Shown: one piece after another, positions 53,814-61,634 of the stretch
How the letters are laid out: each line of letters opens with the position of its first letter
Numbering within the stretch: position 1 is the stretch's first letter
Assembly (NCBI GenBank): GCA_944386885.1
Contig: CALXCU010000060.1
Location: 6,650-70,649, forward strand
Length of the DNA stretch: 64,000 nucleotides
Source: an uncultured Oscillospiraceae bacterium
GTDB lineage: Bacteria; Bacillota; Clostridia; Oscillospirales; Oscillospiraceae
Direction: 5' to 3'
Translations under genes and position numbers: made by a program
The notes under the pieces: generated by a model
Databases searched by the model: none
What the model saw: the letters and a program-made list of their open reading frames with translations, nothing else
Told to the model about the DNA's origin: nothing

Positions 53814-55346
53814 ATGCGCAAGCGATTTTCCCGGCTGTGGCCCTGGCTGCTGCTGGCGGTCTTTCTGCTCTCCCTGCTGCCGGTGGTGTCCCTGGGCCGG
53901 TATGCCCGCGCCGCAGCCGACGACTACTGCTATGGCATTGCCACCCACCGCGCCCTCCTGGCGGGGGAGGGGATTCCGGGGCTGCTGGGCGCGGTATGGC
54001 ACACCATGTGGGGCTATTACCAGAGCTGGCAGGGCACCTTCTCCGCCCTGGCCCTCATGTCCCTCACTCCCTGTATTTTTTCCGAGGGAGCCTACTGGCT
54101 CACCGCAGTGGTGATGCTCGCCTCCCTGGTGGGCGGCACCTTCCGCCTGAGCCTCACCCTGTGCCGGCGGGTGCTGGGTGGAACGGGGCGAGACGGAATG
54201 CTGGTCGCCCTGGCCCTCCTTTTTCCATCAGTGCACTGCCTGGCTGAGCCCCTGCACAGCTTTTTCTGGTGGAACGGCGCGGTGTACTACACCTTTACCT
54301 ATGGCCTCTCCCTGTGCTACGCGGCCCAGCTGGCGCAACTCTTCTGCCCGGAGCGGCCCGGCGCCCGGGTGTGGCTGCCCGGGCTGCTGCTGGGGCTTTT
54401 TCTGGGCGGGAGCAACTACGTCTCCGCCCTGCTCTCCGCCCTTTTGGGCCTTACCGCCCTGCTCTGGACGGCCTGGCAGAGGCGGGACCGGGCCGGCCCC
54501 GCCCTGGCTATGGTCCTGCCTCTGCTGGCCGCCTTCGCGGTGAGCGTCCTGGCCCCGGGCAACCAAGTCCGCCAGAGCGGCGAGACCCCCATGTCCGCCC
54601 CAGAGGCCATTCTGGCCTCTCTGCAGCAGGGGTGGGGCGACCTGCTGGACTGGCCCAGCTGGCTGACCTTGATCGCCGCCCTGACCCTGATCCCCCTCCT
54701 GTGGAGACTTGCTGGGCGGAAGCATTGGCGCTTCCCTCTGCCCGTCTTTTTCTCCCTGGCCACCTTTCTCTTTTTCTCCGCCCAAAACGCCCCTCACTTC
54801 TATGCCGCCTCCAGTGCAGGACCCGACCGGCTGCGAAACATCATCTACTTCTCCCACTACTGGGTGGTGCTGCTCAACGAGTTCTATTGGCTGGGCTGGC
54901 TGCGGCGGGCACTGGGCGGGAGATTGCCCGCCCCGGGGCCTTGGCTCCGGCGGACGGCCGCCTTGGCTCTGGTCCTCCTGTTTCTGGGCTGGTTGCCCCA
55001 CTACCTCCCCGGCCTCACCGCCGTGCGCTGCTGGAGGGCCCTTGCCGACGGCAGCGCTGCGGCCTATGCCCAGCAGCGGGACGCGCGCCTGCCCGCCCTC
55101 CTGGACCCGGAAAACACCGACCCACGGTTCCCACTGCTCACCGTCCGCCCGCCTCTGCTCTTTCTGGGGGACATCACCCAGGACCCCGCCGACTGGCATA
55201 ACAACACCCTCGCGGTCTTTTATGGGAAAGATTCTGTGGCTCTTCTCGTGTCCTCAGTGTCCTTGGATAAGGAACATGAAATGTTCCTTATCCCGCCCGA
55301 AACGGGAGTTCGGGCGGGCGCGCCGTTTCTGCTGCCGCCTCTCTAA
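53814..55346 (+). CDS. Large polytopic membrane protein, possibly a GT-C-like glycosyltransferase (DUF6056-like)
   Basis: GGAGG lies 8 nt before the ATG at 53814. About 12 hydrophobic spans. The functional assignment is weak. Confidence 0.55.
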   Translation: MRKRFSRLWPWLLLAVFLLSLLPVVSLGRYARAAADDYCYGIATHRALLAGEGIPGLLGAVWHTMWGYYQSWQGTFSALALMSLTPCIFSEGAYWLTAVVMLASLVGGTFRLSLTLCRRVLGGTGRDGMLVALALLFPSVHCLAEPLHSFFWWNGAVYYTFTYGLSLCYAAQLAQLFCPERPGARVWLPGLLLGLFLGGSNYVSALLSALLGLTALLWTAWQRRDRAGPALAMVLPLLAAFAVSVLAPGNQVRQSGETPMSAPEAILASLQQGWGDLLDWPSWLTLIAALTLIPLLWRLAGRKHWRFPLPVFFSLATFLFFSAQNAPHFYAASSAGPDRLRNIIYFSHYWVVLLNEFYWLGWLRRALGGRLPAPGPWLRRTAALALVLLFLGWLPHYLPGLTAVRCWRALADGSAAAYAQQRDARLPALLDPENTDPRFPLLTVRPPLLFLGDITQDPADWHNNTLAVFYGKDSVALLVSSVSLDKEHEMFLIPPETGVRAGAPFLLPPL

Positions 55347-55476
55347 TTTTTAATTTTTTCCGAATTTTCTTTCGAAAATTTCAGAAATTTCCTCTCATTT
55401 TTGCTAATTTATCCGCTTGTCGCTCCTCTCCATCTCTGCTATCATGGGAGAAAGGATATGGAAAGGAGGTCCTTTT

Positions 55477-55959
55477 ATGACGGACAAATGGACCTGGTTT
55501 GAGTCGCTCTACCGGGCGAGCTACTCCCATCTGCTCTCCGTGGCCGCCCGCCGCCTGCCCCGGTGGGAGCTGGCCGAAGACGCCGTGCAAGAGGCCTTTC
55601 TGCGGCTCTGGACCCGGGCTGACCAGCTGATCCGCCATCCAAATCCAGGCGGCTGGCTGATGGTGACCCTGCTGCATATTGTGGCCCATCTGCTTCAGTC
55701 AGACTGCCCCGGTCCCCTCCCCCTGCCGGAGTATCTGCCGGCCCCGGGCTGTCTGGAGGACATGGTGTTCACGCTCTCCGACGCCCTTCCCGCCGGACTC
55801 TCCTCTCAGGACCGTGAGGTCCTCCTCCTCTTTTATGAGGGACAGTGCTCTTACCGGGAGGCCGCAGGCCTGCTGGGTATTTCCATCTCCAACTGCGGCG
55901 TCCGCCTGACCCGAGCCCGCCGGAACTGCCGTGCCCTCTGGCTGGCCGGGGAAGCTTAA
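55477..55959 (+). CDS. ECF-type sigma-70 family sigma factor
   Basis: Region 2 AEDAVQEAFLRLW and region 4 DREVLLLFYEGQCSYREAAGLLGISISNCGVRLTRARR. AAAGGAGG lies 8 nt before the ATG at 55477. Confidence 0.8.
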   Translation: MTDKWTWFESLYRASYSHLLSVAARRLPRWELAEDAVQEAFLRLWTRADQLIRHPNPGGWLMVTLLHIVAHLLQSDCPGPLPLPEYLPAPGCLEDMVFTLSDALPAGLSSQDREVLLLFYEGQCSYREAAGLLGISISNCGVRLTRARRNCRALWLAGEA

Positions 55960-56189
55960 AACGGTCTGTAATCAATCTTTGCTCCCCCGAACCACATCCA
56001 CTTTTCCACATTGTCCACCGACTTATCCACATCTTGTGTGTATTACTAACTCTGCTACTAAATCCTGTATTTCACCCGCATTCCCTTCTCTTCTCCCGGC
56101 GTCGACAGCCGGTTCCAGATACAACAGCACGTAATTCCAGCGCCGGGCAGGATCGGAACATGAAAATCGTGCATATTATCCTTTTTGGG

Positions 56190-56218
56190 TTGTCTCCTGC
56201 GGTATTTTCATGTATAAT
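56190..56218 (+). promoter_or_regulatory. Promoter TTGTCT-N17-TATAAT for ptsH
   Basis: -35 at 56190-56195 and -10 at 56213-56218. Confidence 0.65.
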
Positions 56219-56287
56219 ATCCCCATAGCCGGCAGCCTCTTTACCGCCGGCCACACTTGAGGAAACCACAAGAAGGAGCGAACCACC

Positions 56288-56554
56288 ATGAAACAGTTCA
56301 CTTACACGATTACCGATCCTGTGGGCATCCACGCCCGTCCCGCCGGCCTTCTGGTCAAAGAGGCTAAGAAATACGCAGACAGCGCCATTACCCTCTCTGT
56401 GGAGGCCACTGGGAAGAGCGCCAACGCCCTCAAGCTGATGGCCCTTATGAGCATGGGCGTCAAGGGCGGCGATACCGTCACCGTCACCGTGGAGGGCGGC
56501 GACGAAGAGGCCGCCGCCGCCGGGATGCAGGCTTTCCTCTCCGCCAACCTGTAA
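56288..56554 (+). CDS. ptsH: Phosphocarrier protein HPr
   Basis: GIHARPA (His15) and GKSANALKLM (Ser46). Confidence 0.95.
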   Translation: MKQFTYTITDPVGIHARPAGLLVKEAKKYADSAITLSVEATGKSANALKLMALMSMGVKGGDTVTVTVEGGDEEAAAAGMQAFLSANL

Positions 56555-56564
56555 GACAAAGCAA

Positions 56565-56605
56565 AGCGCGCCGCGGACCAAAAGTCCGCGGCGCGCTCTG
56601 TTTTT
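56565..56605. terminator. Rho-independent terminator after ptsH
   Basis: agcgcgccgcggac-caaaa-gtccgcggcgcgct followed by ctgttttt. Confidence 0.85.
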
Positions 56606-56621
56606 GGGGGAACCGGCGTGC

Positions 56622-56804
56622 TCAGCGGCTTTTGCAGCCCCCGGCGCACAGCTGGAACGAGGCGCACTCGGTGGAGGCGCAGGTCTTGGCGTTGGCATCG
56701 GTGCAGCCCACCTTAATGGTATTCAAGGTGCAGTAGTTCTCCGCACAGTGGTGGGTGCAGTTGGAGACGGAACACTGGATACTGTGATTGGCATTCTGAT
56801 TCAT
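56622..56804 (-). CDS. DUF1540 Cys-rich small protein
   Basis: CSVSNCTHHC...CTL...VGC...CASTECASF pattern, duplicated. Confidence 0.8.
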   Translation of the reverse strand: MNQNANHSIQCSVSNCTHHCAENYCTLNTIKVGCTDANAKTCASTECASFQLCAGGCKSR

Positions 56805-56891
56805 GGCGCAATCCTCCTTTGCGGTGATGGCCTTAGTATGGCCCGTTCCCGCCGAGAGATACGCCCGCTCTTCAAAAAATTTTTCCAGTTT

Positions 56892-57410
56892 TTAGGCTTT
56901 CCCCACCGGCGGCAGCAGTTCCTTAGACAGCTCCCGGTACTCCGCCGCCGCGGAGCGCAGCTCCTCATACTCCTCGGGGCGGAGGGGACGCTTGACCTTG
57001 GCGGGAGAGCCCATCACCAGGCTGCCCGCCGGGACCTCCATGCCCTGGGTCACCAGCGCACCGGCAGCCACCAGACAATCGGGGCCGATTTGGCAGCCGT
57101 TGAGCAGCACCGCCCCCATACCGATCAGGGTCCGCTCTCCCACGGTGCAGCCGTGGAGAATGGCCCCGTGGCCCACTGTCACATCCTCCCCCACATGGAG
57201 GGGATAGCCCTCGTCGCTGTGGAGAATACAGTTGTCCTGGATATTGGCTCCGGCGTCCACCTGGATGGTGGCGCAGTCCCCCCGGAGCACCGCGCCATAC
57301 CACACGCTGGCCCCCTCGCCCAAGGCCACCCGACCCACCACAGTGGCGTTCTCCGCCACCCGTGCGGCGGGGTGCAGGTCGGGCTCTTGCCCGCGAAATG
57401 AACGGATCAT
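56892..57410 (-). CDS. Gamma-carbonic-anhydrase-family / hexapeptide-repeat protein
   Basis: Left-handed beta-helix repeats, SVWYGAVLRGD and HVGHGAILHGC. Confidence 0.88.
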   Translation of the reverse strand: MIRSFRGQEPDLHPAARVAENATVVGRVALGEGASVWYGAVLRGDCATIQVDAGANIQDNCILHSDEGYPLHVGEDVTVGHGAILHGCTVGERTLIGMGAVLLNGCQIGPDCLVAAGALVTQGMEVPAGSLVMGSPAKVKRPLRPEEYEELRSAAAEYRELSKELLPPVGKA

Positions 57411-57530
57411 GGCTCTGCCTCCCTCATAGATTCTATCGCGTGTTTTATTATATCCGTCTCCGCCGCCGCCGTCAAATCTTCCCGCCCGGGCGCATACACT
57501 GAACCATCCTGGATTTAGGAGGAATGAGCT

Positions 57531-57743
57531 TTGGACTTAAAACGCAATCAGATCACCCTGGGGGAGCTGCTGGACGATCCCCGCTCCCTGGCGGTGCTGC
57601 AAAGGCGCTTTCCCGCCGCCCTGCGCCATCCCCTCTCCGGAGCCGGGCGCACGGTGACGCTGGAGCAGCTCCTCTCCGTCGTGTCGGCCTGGCTGCCCCG
57701 GCGGAAGCTGGACGAGGCCCTGGAGGAACTGCGCCGGATTTAG
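57531..57743 (+). CDS. Hypothetical 70-aa protein (TTG start)
   Basis: AGGAGGA lies 7 nt before the TTG at 57531. GC-rich third positions. The overlapping +1 ORF (57524) has an SD spacing of 0. Confidence 0.45.
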   Translation: MDLKRNQITLGELLDDPRSLAVLQRRFPAALRHPLSGAGRTVTLEQLLSVVSAWLPRRKLDEALEELRRI

Positions 57744-57765
57744 CGAAAAAAATTGCCCTCCATCC

Positions 57766-57794
57766 TTGCCTTCCCCAGGAAAGTGTGATATGAT
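57766..57794 (+). promoter_or_regulatory. Promoter TTGCCT-N17-TATGAT for pyrB
   Basis: -35 at 57766-57771 and -10 at 57789-57794. Confidence 0.6.
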
Positions 57795-57832
57795 AGACCG
57801 AAAAAAATAAAATGGGAATGGAGCGGATGGGT

Positions 57833-58891
57833 ATGCGGCATCTGATCGATTTTGGAGACCTTTCTCGGGCGGAGTGGGAAGCGCTGTATCAGAAGACCAG
57901 CGCAATAATCGACCACCCCGCCGATTTTATGGACGCCTGCCGGGGACGGGTGGCCGCTACGCTCTTTTTTGAGCCCTCTACCCGGACGAATTTCTCCTTC
58001 CAGACCGCCATGCTCCGGGTCGGCGGCACGGTGTTCGGTTTCTCCGACCCCAACTCCTCCTCGGTGGCCAAGGGCGAGTGCCTGAAGGACACCATCAAAA
58101 TGGTCTCCGGCTATGCCGATGTGGTCATCATGCGCAACCCCCGGGAGGGGGCTGCCAAGGCAGCCTCTCTCTACTCCGACGTGCCCGTCATCAACGCCGG
58201 CGACGGCGGCCACATGCACCCCACCCAGACCACCACGGACCTGACCACCATCACCCGTCTGCTGGGCGGGGTGGACGGCATCTCCATCGGCCTGTGCGGC
58301 GACCTGAAGAACGGCCGCACGGTCCACTCCCTGATCAAGGCCCTGGCCAAGTTCGAGAATGTGAAGTTCTATCTCATCTCTCCCCGGGAGCTGGCCGTGC
58401 CCGAGTATATCCGCGCCTTTATGAAGGAGCGCAAGCTCTGGAGCGTGGAGGTCACCGGCCTGGAAAACGTCATTCCACAGTTGGACGTGCTCTATATGAC
58501 CCGCATCCAGCGGGAGCGCTTTGTAGACCCCCTGGAGTACGAGCGCAACAAGGGCGTCTATATTCTCACCCGGCGCAAGCTTGAGCGGGCCCGGAAAAAT
58601 ATGCTGGTCATGCACCCCCTGCCCCGGGTGGATGAGATCGCCCTGGATGTGGACGCCGCCCCCCGGGCCGCCTATTTCGAGCAGGCCCGCTTTGGCATGT
58701 TCTCCCGCATGGCCCTGCTCACCGATCTAGCCAATCAGCCCCGGCAGAAGCCCGAACCCGTGGAGATCGGAACGACCCCGGTGTGCTCCAACCACCGCTG
58801 CATTACCCAGACCGACCACTACCTGCCTCCTCTGGTCAAACAGAACGGCGGAGTGGACTGCTGCGCCTACTGTGACGCGGCCCTGCACTAA
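57833..58891 (+). CDS. pyrB: Aspartate carbamoyltransferase catalytic chain fused to a PyrI-type C-terminal zinc domain
   Basis: FFEPSTRTN, KGE, HPTQ, MTRIQRERF, HPLPRVDEI. The C-terminal ~50 aa, PVCSNHRCITQTDHYLPPLVKQNGGVDCCAYCD, match the CxNxxCIT...CxYC pattern of the PyrI zinc domain. The start could be 57812-57833. Confidence 0.85.
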   Translation: MRHLIDFGDLSRAEWEALYQKTSAIIDHPADFMDACRGRVAATLFFEPSTRTNFSFQTAMLRVGGTVFGFSDPNSSSVAKGECLKDTIKMVSGYADVVIMRNPREGAAKAASLYSDVPVINAGDGGHMHPTQTTTDLTTITRLLGGVDGISIGLCGDLKNGRTVHSLIKALAKFENVKFYLISPRELAVPEYIRAFMKERKLWSVEVTGLENVIPQLDVLYMTRIQRERFVDPLEYERNKGVYILTRRKLERARKNMLVMHPLPRVDEIALDVDAAPRAAYFEQARFGMFSRMALLTDLANQPRQKPEPVEIGTTPVCSNHRCITQTDHYLPPLVKQNGGVDCCAYCDAALH

Positions 58892-58911
58892 CACCGCCCC
58901 CGAAAACGCCG

Positions 58912-58947
58912 CGTGGGGAGAGACCGTTGTCTCTCCCCACGTTTTTT
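58912..58947. terminator. Bidirectional terminator between pyrB and the convergent arsC-like gene
   Basis: cgtggggagagac-cgtt-gtctctccccacg followed by tttttt. AAAA lies upstream for the other strand. Confidence 0.88.
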
Positions 58948-58953
58948 CTTATT

Positions 58954-59313
58954 TTATGGCTCCACGCCCAGGGCTTTGGCCCATTCCTCCGGCCGGAAGC
59001 CCACCAGCACAAAGTCCTCTCCCACCAGGATGGGCCGCTTGACCAGCATCCCGTCGGAGGCCAGGAGGGCGAACTGCTCCGCCTCGCCCATACCCGGGAG
59101 GCGGTCTTTCAGGCCCAGGGAGCGGTAGAGCTGCCCGCTGGTGTTGAAAAAGCGCTTGAGGGGCGCTCCGCTTCGGCCCTGCCAGTCCCGGAGCTCCGCC
59201 TCGCTGGGGCGCTCCCCCTTGACGTCCCTGGAAAGATAGTCCACGCCATGCCCGTCCAGCCAGGCTTTGGCCTTCTTGCAGGTGCCGCAGGTGGGATAAT
59301 ACACAAATGTCAT
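58954..59313 (-). CDS. ArsC/Spx/YffB-family thioredoxin-fold protein
   Basis: YYPTCGTCKKAKAWL and LVKRPIL. Confidence 0.85.
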   Translation of the reverse strand: MTFVYYPTCGTCKKAKAWLDGHGVDYLSRDVKGERPSEAELRDWQGRSGAPLKRFFNTSGQLYRSLGLKDRLPGMGEAEQFALLASDGMLVKRPILVGEDFVLVGFRPEEWAKALGVEP

Positions 59314-59948
59314 GCCGTTTCCTCCGTTTCTTCACTGCCCTCCGGCCAGATCATGTCAATGCCTGTCTGGAGGGTCTCCCGATCCAGGGGCCCCACCGCC
59401 CGGGCGATGGCGTAGCCCTCCGGGTCAATGAAATAAGTTGTGGGCAGAGAGTAGGCCCCATAGGCAATGGCCGCCGACATCTGGGTGTCGTAGACCACCG
59501 GGAAGGTATAGCCATGCTCCTCCAGGAAGGCCGAGGCGGTCTCCACCGTCTCCTGGGACCCGTCGGTCATATTAATCATCAAAAACTGCACATTCTCCCC
59601 CAGCTCGCTGTGGGCCGCATTGAAGTCGGCCATCTCACTCTGGCAGGGGCCGCACCAGCTGGCCCAGAAATTGAGCACCACCGGCTTCCCCCGGTAGTCC
59701 GTCAGGTGGACCTCATTCCCCTCGGCGTCAAAGACCGCGAAGTCTGGGGCAGTCACAGGCTGCGGCGGGGCGGAGGCTTCTCCGGCCTCGCCGGCCTCAG
59801 CCGCTGTGGTAGGCGCGGATGGGGGCGTGCTCTGTACTGCCAGCTGTTCCCGCGCCACGCGCCCGCTCAGGGTCCCATAGAGGGCCCCCGCGCCCACTAA
59901 GACCGCCACCAGGACCGCGGCGGCGATCAGAACCGTCCGATGCTTCAT
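59310..59948 (-). CDS. TlpA/ResA-like membrane-anchored thiol:disulfide oxidoreductase
   Basis: N-terminal TM segment and VLNFWASWCGPCQSEM. Confidence 0.9.
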   Translation of the reverse strand: MKHRTVLIAAAVLVAVLVGAGALYGTLSGRVAREQLAVQSTPPSAPTTAAEAGEAGEASAPPQPVTAPDFAVFDAEGNEVHLTDYRGKPVVLNFWASWCGPCQSEMADFNAAHSELGENVQFLMINMTDGSQETVETASAFLEEHGYTFPVVYDTQMSAAIAYGAYSLPTTYFIDPEGYAIARAVGPLDRETLQTGIDMIWPEGSEETEETA

Positions 59949-59957
59949 CTCTGCCTC

Positions 59958-60617
59958 CTAGCTGAGCAGGCGGAGCAGCCGCCCCAGGGTCCCGGTGGCC
60001 ATCAACACGCCCACCAGGACCAGGAAGGCCCCGCATACCCGGTTGATTGTCTGATAATTGCGCTTGATCCAGTCGAAGGCGCCCTTGAGCTGGTCAATGA
60101 GCACCGCGCTGATGAGGAAGGGCACCCCAAGCCCCAGGGAGTAGGCCAGCAGCAGGCACACCCCCAGCAGGGCGCTCCCCTGCTGGGAGGCCAGCATCAG
60201 CGCCGAGCCCAAAAAGGCCCCCACGCAGGGCGTCCACCCCACTGAGAAGATCATCCCGAAGAGCATCGCGGGGAAAAAGCCTCCGGCGGGCGTCCGCCCG
60301 TGCTGGATCCCCCGGAAGACATTCAGCTGGAACACCCCCAGGTAGTTCAGGCCAAAGAGGATCACCACCGCGCCGGAGATCCCATTTACGGCGCTCTGGT
60401 GGCTCTTGAGGAAGCTGCCCACTGTCCCCGCCAGGGCCCCCATGGCCAGAAAAACCAGGGTGAAACCCACGACAAACCCCGCCGCGCCGGTCAGCGTCTT
60501 CCGGGTGCTGCGCACCCCGCCGCCGGCAAAGTAGGAGATATAGATGGGCAGCATGGGCAGCAGGCAGGGGGAGATGAAGGTGATGATACCCTCCAGAAAG
60601 GAGATCAGATACTGCAT
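59958..60617 (-). CDS. ccdA: Cytochrome-c-biogenesis-type thiol-disulfide transporter CcdA (DsbD family)
   Basis: FISPCLLPMLPIY and GWTPCVGAFLG. Confidence 0.9.
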   Translation of the reverse strand: MQYLISFLEGIITFISPCLLPMLPIYISYFAGGGVRSTRKTLTGAAGFVVGFTLVFLAMGALAGTVGSFLKSHQSAVNGISGAVVILFGLNYLGVFQLNVFRGIQHGRTPAGGFFPAMLFGMIFSVGWTPCVGAFLGSALMLASQQGSALLGVCLLLAYSLGLGVPFLISAVLIDQLKGAFDWIKRNYQTINRVCGAFLVLVGVLMATGTLGRLLRLLS

Positions 60618-60643
60618 CCGGTCATATTCCTCCGCATCTGCCC

Positions 60644-61432
60644 TCAGCCGTGGCAGCCCTGGCCGCAGGGGCCGTGCCCATGGCCCTCATGGTGCGCGCA
60701 GGCGTGGCTCCCGCCGTGTTCCTGGCCGTGGTGATCGCAGTGGGCCTGGGGATCATAGTCCAATTTTCCCGCCAGCAGGGCCTCCACCGCCCGGTCGGCC
60801 TCTCCCGTGACTCCGCCGTAGAGCCGGATGCCCTGGGCGTCCAGGGCGGCCCGGGCGCCGCCGCCGATGCCCCCGCAGATCAGCACATCCACCCCCAGGG
60901 CCTTCAGCACCCCCGCCAGGGCCCCATGTCCCTGGCCGTTGGTCCCCACCACTTGGGCAGAGGCCACCTTGCCGTCCGCCACATCGTAGAGCTTGAACTG
61001 CTCCGTATGGCCGAAGTGCTGAAAAATCTGGCCGTGGTCAAAGGTCACTGCAATTCTCATATCCATCTCTCCTTTTGGTTTTCCGAATGCCCGGCTCAGC
61101 CGGCATTTCAGGCACCCGCTGCACCGGCTGTCCCGCGCCGTCCCGTCGCAGAGCTGGTACTCCCCGCCCTGAATCCGCAGCCCACGCCCCTCCACCAGGG
61201 CGTCGGCCACCTTTTTCCGCGCCGAGGCGTAAATCAGCTGCACAGTGGTCCGGGCCACTCCCATATGGGTCCCGCACTGGGCCTGGGAGAGCCCCTCCCG
61301 GTCGATCAGGCGAAGGGTCTCGTACTCGTCCACTGTGAGCACAATGGAGGGCAGGCCGCTCCGCTCCGCGGGCTGGAAGCCTCCGGCCTCGGGGAGGTCG
61401 CAGACCATGCGGTTTTTTCTGGGTCTCGCCAT
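60644..61432 (-). CDS. DUF134 (putative DNA-binding) - NifB/NifX-type FeMo-cofactor-binding domain fusion with a His/Cys-rich tail
   Basis: MARPRKNRMVC...LTVDEYETLRLID...GVARTTVQLIYASARKK (DUF134). MRIAVTFDHGQIFQHFGHTEQFKLYDV...LICGGIGGGA (Nitro_FeMo-Co-like). Tail HCDHHGQEHGGSHACAHHEGHGHGPCGQGCHG. The start could instead be 61450. Confidence 0.75.
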   Translation of the reverse strand: MARPRKNRMVCDLPEAGGFQPAERSGLPSIVLTVDEYETLRLIDREGLSQAQCGTHMGVARTTVQLIYASARKKVADALVEGRGLRIQGGEYQLCDGTARDSRCSGCLKCRLSRAFGKPKGEMDMRIAVTFDHGQIFQHFGHTEQFKLYDVADGKVASAQVVGTNGQGHGALAGVLKALGVDVLICGGIGGGARAALDAQGIRLYGGVTGEADRAVEALLAGKLDYDPQAHCDHHGQEHGGSHACAHHEGHGHGPCGQGCHG

Positions 61433-61476
61433 ATCCTCCCGTCCTATCATGCTGCGTTAATCCGCCATTTGAACTA

Positions 61477-61505
61477 AGTATAGTTCTATTTTTGGCATAT
61501 GTCAA
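61477..61505 (-). promoter_or_regulatory. Promoter TTGACA-N17-TATACT for the DUF134-NifX/ccdA/tlpA/arsC operon
   Basis: -35 at plus-strand 61500-61505 (TGTCAA) and -10 at plus-strand 61477-61482 (AGTATA). Confidence 0.65.
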
Positions 61506-61564
61506 TATTATCTTCTCAAAACAGGCCGCTCTGGCTGCTCCTTTCCCTGGGCACAAGGGCTTTG

Positions 61565-61604
61565 TCAAAAATTTCGCCCGCCAACCATTTCTGGCTGACG
61601 GGCG
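61565..61604 (-). terminator. Imperfect hairpin plus U-tract after the dockerin-protein gene
   Basis: cgcccgccaacca-tttc-tggctgacgggcg (11 of 13 positions paired). On the - strand it is followed by aaattttt. Confidence 0.5.
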
Positions 61605-61634
61605 AAGGATGGGGTAACCTGAGCTGGAACTGGT

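Noticed and set aside
55361-55392. AT-rich palindromes (AATTTTC-tttc-GAAAATT and tandem GAAATTTC) after the membrane-protein gene, as a terminator or operator.
   Set aside because: The stem is only a 7-bp all-A/T helix with no clear U-tract. It is too weak to call a terminator, and there is no second copy to support an operator.
57524-57793. An alternative 89-aa ORF (MSFGLKTQSD...) overlapping the 70-aa ORF at 57531.
   Set aside because: Its ATG abuts the SD with no spacing, and its translation is Ala/Gly/Pro/Arg-rich low complexity. The TTG-initiated frame has better spacing and a protein-like sequence. Both remain low confidence.
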